From: Acidimicrobiia bacterium
GTDB taxonomy: Bacteria; Actinomycetota; Acidimicrobiia; Spongiisociales; JAENVV01
Direction of reading: 5' to 3'
Assembly (NCBI GenBank): GCA_041577335.1
Contig: JBFGJH010000021.1
Coordinates: 1 to 44,520 of the forward strand
DNA: 44,520 nucleotides
In this document: one piece after another, positions 34,546 through 42,986 of the stretch
How the letters are laid out: each line of letters begins with the position of its first letter
How positions within the stretch are numbered: position 1 is the stretch's first letter
Notes under the pieces: generated by a model
The model's database searches: none
Told to the model about the DNA's origin: nothing
What the model saw: only the letters and a program-made list of their open reading frames with translations
Program-made: the position numbers and the translations under genes

Positions 34546-37500
34546 ATGGACGGAACGCTCGTAACTTCGCTGTTCGATACGGAGATTGATGCCGGTCTGC
34601 TCGGTGGCAAGGGAGCCGGTCTCGCCCGTCTCGTGAGACTTGGACATCGCGTTCCCCCGGGGTTTGTCATGACCACCGAGGCTTTCGATGTGGTGCTAGA
34701 GCACCTCGGAGTGACAGCGCAATATCACGAGCTGCGACGGGCGGTAGCCAGCGGCGAGCTGGACGACATCGCGGGGTCGAATATCATTGACGCGCTGCTC
34801 CTTGGCGAGCTTCCCAAACGCTTGGCTAGCGAGATCACGAGTGAAGCCGCACGTTGCGAGGTCTGGGAATCAGGTAGGGGCCGGCTCATTGTGCGGTCGT
34901 CGGCGACGGTGGAAGACTCGGCTGATTTCTCCTTTGCTGGGATCTTCGAATCGATCGAGATTCAAAGCCCCCAAGAACTCGAGAGTGCCATTCTTCGGGT
35001 GTTGAGTTCCGCTTTCTCGAAGCGAGCTCTCACCTACGCCTCTGATAGCGGCGTCGAGGGACCCCCGAGGATGGCCGTTGTCATTCAATCGTTCCTCGAT
35101 GCGACTCGGAGCGGAGTCATGTTTACGAGCTTCCACGAAGGCAGAGCTCTCGTGGAACATGTCGAGGGCGGATGCGAAAAGCTGGTGAAGGGCGAGGTCA
35201 TACCTGCTCGATTCTGGACTGATCGTTCAACCGGCGATACCGAGGGCGAAGTCGACCTTCTTTCGCCGAGGCACGTTAGTCGACTAGGTGAGCTCGCTAT
35301 CGAACTGGAGCTGCAATTTGGAGGTCCCCAAGACGTCGAGTGGTGCATCTACGACGGAGAGGTCCATCTGGTTCAAACTCGACCAATCACCGCCAGCTGG
35401 ATCTCACCCGAGCCGTCCGAAGCACCCGATGGGGCAATACTCTCGGGAGTTTCAGCCAGTCACGGCGTTGGCGTTGGCGCGGTACACCTCGCATTCAACA
35501 TCGAGCATGCACTGGCAATCGAAACAGGGCAGGTGCTCGTAACCCCGATGACCAACCCCGACATGGTGGTAGCAATGCGGAGCGCGTCCGCGATTGTTAC
35601 AGACGTCGGCGGAATGATCTGTCATGCAGCGATCGTGTCGCGCGAACTTGGGCTTCCATGTGTCGTGGGAACGCGGACTGCCACCGAAACCCTCGCCAGC
35701 GGCACGGTTGTGACGGTTGATGGATCCAATGGTGCCGTTTACGCGGGCCGGGTGAAGATCGTGGTCGCCGATCCGGATCATGACATCGTCGGGTGGGGCG
35801 TTGTGTGGGAGAGGTGGCGGCAACGGGCCTCAGGAAAAGCTCCCATCGTGTCCACAGTGTCGGCTTTGGCCGATGCGCCCCGCGGATTGGAAAGGGTGTT
35901 GCTCCGGCCCGAGATCGATCTGAGGGTCGATGAAAAGGGTCTTTGGCGGGACCTCGAACGGATGGATCAGTCCGCCCTCCATGTTGTCGTCGACGACTAC
36001 GTCGTCAGGATCCGGCGAGCAGCTGAAACAGCCGATGTCCAGCAACTCGAGGTGTTGACGGATCGGATGGGCGTCGAGATAGCATCGGCGTTCTCGGCCA
36101 GCGCTGGCTCGGACATGAGGCTTGTCGATAGCGCGGTGGACGCGGTGCCGCTTGGCGAAGCTCTCACTGATGGTTCGGTCGAAAACGACGATCGCCAAGC
36201 GCTGCCTTCGGTCGAGGAAGCGCGCGAGGCCGCGCACGACACCATCAAATTCTTCGGTCACGAACCGGCGATTCGGACGGGCCCGATGCCGGCGGTGGAA
36301 CGACGGCGTGCTTGGTGGAGCGTGCTTCCCGCATACGGCAGATTCCATGCCGAGTATGACACCTATGCCCACACCGGAAGCCACCGTTGGCTCGAAGTGC
36401 GACCAGAACTGGTCATCTCGGCCATGTTGAAATCTCTCGTGCAGCCCGGATTCGAGATGGTTCCTCGGGTGCTCGGCTTCGCCGGAATGGCGCCACTCCA
36501 CATCAAGTGGATGAACTGCCGTTACTACTTTCGGTCGGACGCATTCGACGACGTTTGGAGCGCGATCGTCGACTCGACGTGGGATCCCGGGTTCATGGCC
36601 GACCTGATGCATCGGGTCCGGGATTCGTATGACCATCTCGCTGAAGTGCTTGCGTTGTTCCCAAACACAGAAGAGGGTTTCGGTGAACTCGACAATGCCG
36701 AGATCATCGCCCTGATCACATCATGGTGGCCTCGCTGGGTTGAGTTCTTTGCGCTGTGTTGGTTCATACAAGCGCAGGGCGATGACGTGCTGTACCCCTT
36801 CATTGAAGAAACACTCTCCGCCAACCAAGACGCAATTGCCGATATGCCGGACGGGATGCGCCCGCCAGCGACGGTCGACATTGTTGCGCCGACGACCTCC
36901 GTCCTGAGTGCGGAATACATGCACAGCGTGAGCGGCGTGCGAGATTCCCTGATCCGTCATTCGCTGGTGGATGTGGAGCAAGCGCTCGAGGCCGTGGCGG
37001 TCGGGACCGTGCCGTCCGTGTCGGCGGCTGTCTCGAAGCACCTTGCGGAGTGGCATTGGATGCGAGACCGGGATCTGCTGTTTGAGCCCTGGGACACGCC
37101 GCGGCGCGTCATAAAAACAGCGTTGCGAACGGGAGAGCATACGCCGACCGATTACCAGGGCAACCTCGGGCGAAACGTCGTGGCTCTCGCGTTACACAGC
37201 GATTTGGCTGAGCGGTCGGGACGCGCCCAGGCCCTCAACCATGCGGTGCGTTTTTTTCATGACCTGAACGTAGAACGAGAAAACCACCATCTGCTGTGGT
37301 TGAAGTACTCCTATCCACTTCGCCAGCTGATCCTGGAATCAGGCAAACGGCTGGCGGCCACCGGCGACATCCAGAAGGAAGACGTCTGGTTCTTGCAGGC
37401 ACCCGAACTCATCGATGCCCTTCGCCGACTCCCGACGCCCGTCGAGTCAGCCCTTTGGGAGACAGTGAAGAACAGGCGGAGAGGTTTTGAAGCAGAGGCG

Positions 37501-37554
37501 AGGTTGTCATCCGACTCCGGAGAGGCTGTCGAACCAGAAGACGACTACCTCTGA
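34546..37554 (+). CDS. PEP-utilising (dikinase-like) enzyme: ATP-grasp + phospho-His swivel + RPH/PigC-like C-terminal domain
   Basis: GGKGAGL, VRSSA..ED...SFAG, DVEW, QTRPIT; TD.GGMICHAAIVSRELG; C-terminal RE...LR...LE.GKRL...G...EDVWFL...EL. Confidence 0.85.
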   Translation: MDGTLVTSLFDTEIDAGLLGGKGAGLARLVRLGHRVPPGFVMTTEAFDVVLEHLGVTAQYHELRRAVASGELDDIAGSNIIDALLLGELPKRLASEITSEAARCEVWESGRGRLIVRSSATVEDSADFSFAGIFESIEIQSPQELESAILRVLSSAFSKRALTYASDSGVEGPPRMAVVIQSFLDATRSGVMFTSFHEGRALVEHVEGGCEKLVKGEVIPARFWTDRSTGDTEGEVDLLSPRHVSRLGELAIELELQFGGPQDVEWCIYDGEVHLVQTRPITASWISPEPSEAPDGAILSGVSASHGVGVGAVHLAFNIEHALAIETGQVLVTPMTNPDMVVAMRSASAIVTDVGGMICHAAIVSRELGLPCVVGTRTATETLASGTVVTVDGSNGAVYAGRVKIVVADPDHDIVGWGVVWERWRQRASGKAPIVSTVSALADAPRGLERVLLRPEIDLRVDEKGLWRDLERMDQSALHVVVDDYVVRIRRAAETADVQQLEVLTDRMGVEIASAFSASAGSDMRLVDSAVDAVPLGEALTDGSVENDDRQALPSVEEAREAAHDTIKFFGHEPAIRTGPMPAVERRRAWWSVLPAYGRFHAEYDTYAHTGSHRWLEVRPELVISAMLKSLVQPGFEMVPRVLGFAGMAPLHIKWMNCRYYFRSDAFDDVWSAIVDSTWDPGFMADLMHRVRDSYDHLAEVLALFPNTEEGFGELDNAEIIALITSWWPRWVEFFALCWFIQAQGDDVLYPFIEETLSANQDAIADMPDGMRPPATVDIVAPTTSVLSAEYMHSVSGVRDSLIRHSLVDVEQALEAVAVGTVPSVSAAVSKHLAEWHWMRDRDLLFEPWDTPRRVIKTALRTGEHTPTDYQGNLGRNVVALALHSDLAERSGRAQALNHAVRFFHDLNVERENHHLLWLKYSYPLRQLILESGKRLAATGDIQKEDVWFLQAPELIDALRRLPTPVESALWETVKNRRRGFEAEARLSSDSGEAVEPEDDYL

Positions 37555-37582
37555 CCCAGCCACGATGGATGAGAAGCTCGGC

Positions 37583-37930
37583 TCAGGCCGGAGACCGCGG
37601 CCCCGGAGTCGTACTGATCACCGTTCCGGTTCCACCGTCGATCTCCAGGTAATCGCCCGTGTTGATGACCTCGGTCGCTTTGGATAGGCCGACGATGGCG
37701 GGTATCCCGAACTCGCGGGCAAGTATCACCGCGTGCTGGAGCATGCCCCCCTGTTCAACGACGATCCCGCGGATTCGGCGCATGAGGGGGGCGAAGTACG
37801 GATGGAAAACACGTAGCACGAGAATCGAGCCATCCGGCGCCGAAGTCACCGTGCTGTCGGCGGCTGCTACGTGCGCCGGTCCGGCGCTCCGGCCCGGAGC
37901 GGCGCCAATGCCGGTGTGGCTCACACTCAT
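37583..37930 (-). CDS. Stand-alone PEP-utilisers mobile (phospho-His) domain (115 aa)
   Basis: G.GAAPG...G, GIVVEQGGMLQHAVILAREFGIPAIVG and IDGGTG.V; ATG overlaps the upstream TGA. Confidence 0.85.
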   Translation of the reverse strand: MSVSHTGIGAAPGRSAGPAHVAAADSTVTSAPDGSILVLRVFHPYFAPLMRRIRGIVVEQGGMLQHAVILAREFGIPAIVGLSKATEVINTGDYLEIDGGTGTVISTTPGPRSPA

Positions 37931-38961
37931 CTCGGCGCCACGAAGAGTTGACTGAGCCTTTCCGCTGGAACGTCGTTGTGCGATAGATACACCGAATCGC
38001 TCCAGTAAGCCTCCATACGGAGGGACAGCTCGCGCTCCGTCGGCCAGCTGCCGGCGAGCTCCTCCGCCGACATGAACAACATGGTTTGGGGCTCGCGCTG
38101 CTCGCACTTGGCAAGTGCCGATAGTCGGGGAATCAGGCCATTGAAAAACGCATGTCGGATGTACCAGATCTGGAACTCTGTGAACTCGAGCCACGACATG
38201 AGCACATCCAATGGATCCATTCCGACGGGCGCTGCTGGAACGATCTCCCTGGAGTCGGCGCCGCCTTGGGCAGGCCGGGCCACGTTCTGAGGCTCCATCC
38301 TCTCCAACATTCGCAGGACAAAGGCCGGGTCGTCGAAGCCTCGCGCTTCCCACGCAACAGGGCCGAAACCGGCGTGGGCGGCGCTGAAATCAATCACGGC
38401 GCCGGCCACCGCAGGATCGACATCGGGCCAGTCTGCACGCACTCGTGCGGGTGGCCAGCCGCACCGCTCGCACCAAACTGCGAGTTGCTCGAGGTTGTGG
38501 GTGAGCTGTAGCCCAGGACTCGGGCGATCAGGCTTCGTAAGCTCCAGAATCGGATCCGTCGTCAGCCAGTCCGAGAGTATTTCGGGCACAAACTTCGTGA
38601 GGATCGCGTACGGCAGAACGTCGGCCATTCGGCGCACCAGGAGTCCAGACTCAGCGACGAGGCCGGATGCCGTGGTCGCGATGGGCGCGTCGACCTGACG
38701 AACCGAGTCGAGGAGTGCTGCACACCGATTGCGTCGCCGCGTCTCGAGCGCGGTGAGGAAGGCGGCGCTTGGTTCCGGCGGAAACGCACGTTTCATGGCA
38801 AGTATGTGGCCCTTGTCGACGAGGAGGTTTCCTTTGTTGTCGAGACGCGCACCGAATCGGCCGTCTGGGAGAACGTGTGAACTGCCGACCAAGGCTCCGA
38901 CTGACCACAGCTGGCTGAAGGTCGATCGTTGCAGGGGAAGGCCGACGAGGCTTTCCCTCAT
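37927..38961 (-). CDS. Hypothetical protein resembling the substrate-binding domain of RPH/PigC-type enzymes
   Basis: F...HAGFG...WE...F.DDP.FVL and LFMSAEEL motifs; translationally coupled to the His-domain gene. Confidence 0.6.
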   Translation of the reverse strand: MRESLVGLPLQRSTFSQLWSVGALVGSSHVLPDGRFGARLDNKGNLLVDKGHILAMKRAFPPEPSAAFLTALETRRRNRCAALLDSVRQVDAPIATTASGLVAESGLLVRRMADVLPYAILTKFVPEILSDWLTTDPILELTKPDRPSPGLQLTHNLEQLAVWCERCGWPPARVRADWPDVDPAVAGAVIDFSAAHAGFGPVAWEARGFDDPAFVLRMLERMEPQNVARPAQGGADSREIVPAAPVGMDPLDVLMSWLEFTEFQIWYIRHAFFNGLIPRLSALAKCEQREPQTMLFMSAEELAGSWPTERELSLRMEAYWSDSVYLSHNDVPAERLSQLFVAPR

Positions 38962-38984
38962 GACAACGAGCGCGTGTTCTCCTA

Positions 38985-39437
38985 TCAGACCGAGTCCTCT
39001 AGGGCTTCCCGCTCCTTGAGCTCGAGTTCCGAGAGACGTGGGAATGCGCCGCGTAGAGCATCGATTCTCTGTTCGGGTCCAAGCGCCGTCATGCCGAGGC
39101 GGACGGAGTCTTGTGGGTCGTACATCACAAGATCGATGTCCACGGTGTCGAACACGGCGGAGGCATGTGAGATCACCGCGATGGCACGAGTCGCTCCGAC
39201 TGCGATCATTGCATCGGGAACTGCAACTTGATAGACGCCCGGTGTCAACGTTGGACTCACTTCGCTTACCGGCTCGGAGATGGGCGTCGCCGGTTGTCCG
39301 TCATCTCGGACATAGGCTGCCGTGATCGACTCGGGGTCCAAGCCGGTGGCAGGACTGCCGTCTCGGGTGCGGGCCACGACAAAGACCGTTCTCCCGCGGG
39401 TTCCCGCTTTGACCGTGTAGCCATGGCTCGCCATCAT
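38985..39437 (-). CDS. Unknown protein, paralog 2
   Basis: Aligns end to end with 39434..39955; ATGA overlap. Confidence 0.8.
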   Translation of the reverse strand: MMASHGYTVKAGTRGRTVFVVARTRDGSPATGLDPESITAAYVRDDGQPATPISEPVSEVSPTLTPGVYQVAVPDAMIAVGATRAIAVISHASAVFDTVDIDLVMYDPQDSVRLGMTALGPEQRIDALRGAFPRLSELELKEREALEDSV

Positions 39438-39955
39438 CCCTCGCTCTGTTGTGCGAGGAAGTCAGCCAGTCGTTTCTGCTGGTCGAGGCCGGCCTCGTAC
39501 TCCATCTTGGTGAGGTTGGGGAGGGCTGTCCGAAGGAACTCGTGCCTCCTCTTGTCCTGCAGTTGGACCATCCCGATGCACGCTTCATCCAAGGGATCGT
39601 AGGCGACGAGCTCGAGATCGATCGGAGGGATCTCGGCGCCGTCAAAAGCAACGATGACCATCGCGTGAGGCGAGCCGGGTGCAACGACTTCAGGTGGAAG
39701 CTGCATGCGATAGATGCCTGGCATGAGCGCGGCGTCAACCTCTGTGAAGGAGTCCAGGGCGAGTTCGACAGCCTGCTCACCTTCGCGGACATAGGCGGCG
39801 CGGGCCCCTGGCGATGCTGGGCCCAGACCCACAACTGCGGCACCGTCCGCATCTGCCGCCCGTACAAGAAGCGATCGACCTGTCGAGCCCCATTGGATCG
39901 TGTACGACGAGTGCACAGGCACGACGCGTCTCCCTCCGATCTCGACGATGGTCAT
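39434..39955 (-). CDS. Unknown protein, paralog 1
   Basis: Shares AAYVR, PG.Y...P and LV.YDP.D...GM with 38985..39437. Confidence 0.8.
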   Translation of the reverse strand: MTIVEIGGRRVVPVHSSYTIQWGSTGRSLLVRAADADGAAVVGLGPASPGARAAYVREGEQAVELALDSFTEVDAALMPGIYRMQLPPEVVAPGSPHAMVIVAFDGAEIPPIDLELVAYDPLDEACIGMVQLQDKRRHEFLRTALPNLTKMEYEAGLDQQKRLADFLAQQSEG

Positions 39956-39969
39956 ACTCTACTGATCGC

Positions 39970-40581
39970 TCATGCGCGAATCACCGCCCTGCCAGCGAGC
40001 TGGCACATTCGCTCTATCGTCGTATCAGTTGTGTCGATTTCGATGGTCGAACAGCGCGCACTCAGGAGCTTCCGCAGCGCCTTGTTCCATCGGTCGACAA
40101 AGGCGCCGCTGGTTGCCGTTTGTTGCATCGACGCGCCGGGCCGTTCGATGCCCCGCATCGCCAGCCTCTGTCGGAGCACCCGGTGATCGGCGGAAAGCAA
40201 CAGGGTTATGTGTGGCATCACGATGGAGTCGAGGAGAGGGCCGGCGTGTCGAAGGATCTGCTCTTCGTTCAGGCTCTGCTCGGCCACGAGGAGCGCGATA
40301 GGGCTTGCAAAGTAGCGGTCACACACGACCGCCGAATCTCTTCCGGCGATTGTCTCGCTCAGCTGTGCGATCCCCGCCAGGTAGTACAACAGTCGTGGGA
40401 TCGCTGGGAACTCATCGAGACCTTGTTCGGCGCGGAATTGAAGAAAGGCCTCAGGGTATCGGACGATTCGACCGTCGAGAATGGATGCGAGATGGCGAGC
40501 GACGGTACTCTTCCCTGACCCGTTAGGCCCTTCCACTGCCACCACGATCGGCATGGTGTCATCGTCGTCAGCTGTCTTCAC
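39970..40581 (-). CDS. Thymidylate-kinase-like P-loop NMP kinase
   Basis: VAVEGPNGSGKST, CDRYF.S and P.ITLLL......L..RL..R; GTG 40581 with AGGAGG RBS. Confidence 0.8.
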   Translation of the reverse strand: MKTADDDDTMPIVVAVEGPNGSGKSTVARHLASILDGRIVRYPEAFLQFRAEQGLDEFPAIPRLLYYLAGIAQLSETIAGRDSAVVCDRYFASPIALLVAEQSLNEEQILRHAGPLLDSIVMPHITLLLSADHRVLRQRLAMRGIERPGASMQQTATSGAFVDRWNKALRKLLSARCSTIEIDTTDTTIERMCQLAGRAVIRA

Positions 40582-40664
40582 AACCCTCCTGCCAGTTAGC
40601 CCTAGGACACGGCTGTCGCGTTTCAGTAGCTTAACGAGGGCGGCAAGACGGTATCGGAGGGGAG

Positions 40665-41567
40665 ATGAGCAGTGGGACTCCGGCACAGGAGGGCGTTCCG
40701 GGCGGCGGGCCTCGACGAGATAAGCCCAGCCGCCCCGTCCCTTCGGGCGCATTTGTCGCGACGAGCCTTGAAACCGAGGATCTCGTTCCGCTAACTGCCA
40801 CTAACGGGCTAGGCCTTTACGACGGTGGCAACACCATGCCGCCCACCCACCGTGCTGTAGCACCGGCGGTCGGACCCATTGCCGGCACGGTCGGCGTCGT
40901 TGCTCTCGGCATGTCAAACACGATGAGGGAGTGGGCCAGCTTTGCGGCGCTCGCAAAGAACAGCTGTAGCCTCAAGCCGACGCTGACCCTCGCAAATGGG
41001 GCGTTAGAGGGAGTTTCCATGCGTGACTGGGCGGCGCCGCATGGCCGCGCCTGGGAGATGGCCAAGAATCGTATTCGCCGAAACGGACTTGATCCGATCT
41101 CAGTCCAGATCGCATGGGTGAAGATGGGCTCAAAAGCCCATCACCTGAGTAACCGAACTGCTGTTGAACGGGTGCAACAGGAGCGACGATGGCTGAAGAC
41201 GATTCTGGAGCAAGCCAGCGAGCACTTCCCCAATCTGCGTCAAGTCTTCATGACCTCACGAAGCTATGCGGGGTATTCCCAGACGCCGGAGCACCACGAG
41301 CCGGTGACAGGCTTCGACAACGGCTTGGCTGTTAGGGGAGTCGTCGCCGACTCGATCGGCGGACTGACCGCGGTTTGGACCGCCTGGGGTCCCTACCTGT
41401 GGGCGAACGGGCGATCCGTGCGCATTGATGGCCACAACTGGGAGCCTGTCGACTTCACAGCCGATGGGGTACATCCTGCAGATCCGGGCGCCAGGAAGGT
41501 GGGACGGCTCTTGATGCGATTCTTTCAAGGTGAACCGCTCACCGCTTGCTGGTTCGAGCCTCGATGA
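40665..41567 (+). CDS. SGNH/GDSL-like hydrolase or acyl-modifying protein
   Basis: VVALGMSNT (block I-like) and DGVHP (block V). Confidence 0.6.
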   Translation: MSSGTPAQEGVPGGGPRRDKPSRPVPSGAFVATSLETEDLVPLTATNGLGLYDGGNTMPPTHRAVAPAVGPIAGTVGVVALGMSNTMREWASFAALAKNSCSLKPTLTLANGALEGVSMRDWAAPHGRAWEMAKNRIRRNGLDPISVQIAWVKMGSKAHHLSNRTAVERVQQERRWLKTILEQASEHFPNLRQVFMTSRSYAGYSQTPEHHEPVTGFDNGLAVRGVVADSIGGLTAVWTAWGPYLWANGRSVRIDGHNWEPVDFTADGVHPADPGARKVGRLLMRFFQGEPLTACWFEPR

Positions 41568-42976
41568 TGGGCCGTCGAACCCGCGGAGAGCTGGCATGGT
41601 ATTTGGCCAGTCCGTTCGATGACGAGCTGGCCACTGAAGCTGCGTTGGCCATCAAGACCGACCTACATGCCGAACAGACCTTGAACGGGCTGTACCCCAT
41701 TCTGATGGACCAGAAGTCGGTTCTGCTGATGCCCAGGCACCTGCGTAATGCGGGGATATCACTCGACGCCATCGGCTTCTCAACCAGTCTCGTTCGTTCG
41801 ACACCACCGCTCTCGTATCGCTCCCTTTTCCCTGTTCCCGAGATTGCCCAATGGACGTTTGCCGACTTCGGCGACGTCCTGACCACGCATCAAAACCTCC
41901 TGTGGGCGGCAGTCTTCGACCTCAAAGCGGCCCTTGGCAACGCCGGCTTCCTTCTGCTTTCTGGCCGGGCGATGGAGGCGTTGTATCCCCAGTACGAGGG
42001 GCGGTTGGGTTTCGATGTTGACCTCTGGTTTCCGGAGCTCAACACTGCTCTGGAGGCGCTCGAAGTGGGCGTAGCCGACCTCGGCTTCGGATTGCGCTAT
42101 GCGAGCATCGACAATCCAAAGGTCGAGCCACATCTCAGCGCCGGTCTGACCAGAACGGTCGATGGATACGAGATCAACGTCGGCGTGATCACGGGAGCGT
42201 TTCACGCTGGCAGATACCGGCGTGCCGAACGGCCGTTCCGAGGGTCCTTCGCAGAGCCTCTTGGGGACCGTTCACGAGACATCGCCGTCAACGGTGTGAT
42301 GATGAAAACACCCTCCCCAGAGGATCTTCTCGTGATTCTCGCGGCACGGGTTCGCAGAAAGAATCGTGTCCAGCTCATCAACTTGTCCGATGCCGCCGTG
42401 ATTCTCCGCAACACGACCGACCTCGATGTTCCCCTGGTGCTCGCTTTGAGTGGACGATATGGACTCGATGTCGAGCTTGGCATCGTTCTTACGTGCGTCG
42501 AGAACAGATGGCCCGGCTCGGTCGATGGAGCTCTGCAGATTCTCGTCGACAAGGCGCCCCGCCTCCACGTTGCAGCGACAATGAGGTCCATTCTGAGCAG
42601 CGGCCCGGCGCCAGTGAGACGAATGGAAATGTGGGCGTTCGAGGTGACGGACATCCGAACGGCTCAGAATTCGAGTTGGGCTCGCGCGGCGTCGACGTGG
42701 GTCGCTCAAGAGGTGCACAAGCAGAGTATGCGCGGCAGGCGTGCCGTCAGAAGATTCGCCCGTGGGCAACCTCCTCGCACCAGGGACTCGCGTGGCGACC
42801 CGCTATGCGGCGTGGCCGCGCCTGGCATCCTCGGCGAGTTTCCCCGATGCGTCGGGCGTCGACCCGCAAATGTCTGGCGCGATGCCGTAAGCGACGAAAT
42901 GAAAGACGTGGCGGACCGCCTTGTCTTGCTCATGGGGGCCGAGGGCCATGAATGCCGGCGACTGTGGGCAACCTGA
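41564..42976 (+). CDS. Nucleotidyltransferase (NTP_transf_5-like)
   Basis: LLLSG.A...LYP....R...DVDLW and PSPEDLL; ATG overlaps the upstream TGA. Confidence 0.7.
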   Translation: MMGRRTRGELAWYLASPFDDELATEAALAIKTDLHAEQTLNGLYPILMDQKSVLLMPRHLRNAGISLDAIGFSTSLVRSTPPLSYRSLFPVPEIAQWTFADFGDVLTTHQNLLWAAVFDLKAALGNAGFLLLSGRAMEALYPQYEGRLGFDVDLWFPELNTALEALEVGVADLGFGLRYASIDNPKVEPHLSAGLTRTVDGYEINVGVITGAFHAGRYRRAERPFRGSFAEPLGDRSRDIAVNGVMMKTPSPEDLLVILAARVRRKNRVQLINLSDAAVILRNTTDLDVPLVLALSGRYGLDVELGIVLTCVENRWPGSVDGALQILVDKAPRLHVAATMRSILSSGPAPVRRMEMWAFEVTDIRTAQNSSWARAASTWVAQEVHKQSMRGRRAVRRFARGQPPRTRDSRGDPLCGVAAPGILGEFPRCVGRRPANVWRDAVSDEMKDVADRLVLLMGAEGHECRRLWAT

Positions 42977-42986
42977 GAGTCGAGGC

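Noticed and set aside
34546..37554. Annotation as ppsA (PEP synthase) or rph
   Set aside because: No PEP-binding TIM-barrel motifs, and the domain order differs from RPH
37931..38353. N-terminal extension of the His-domain ORF, suggesting a frameshift fusion
   Set aside because: Overlaps the 344-aa gene in another frame; ATG 37930 overlaps its stop cleanly and no slippery site was seen
39970..40581. Housekeeping tmk
   Set aside because: Divergent motifs (no REPG) and an accessory operon context; called tmk-like only
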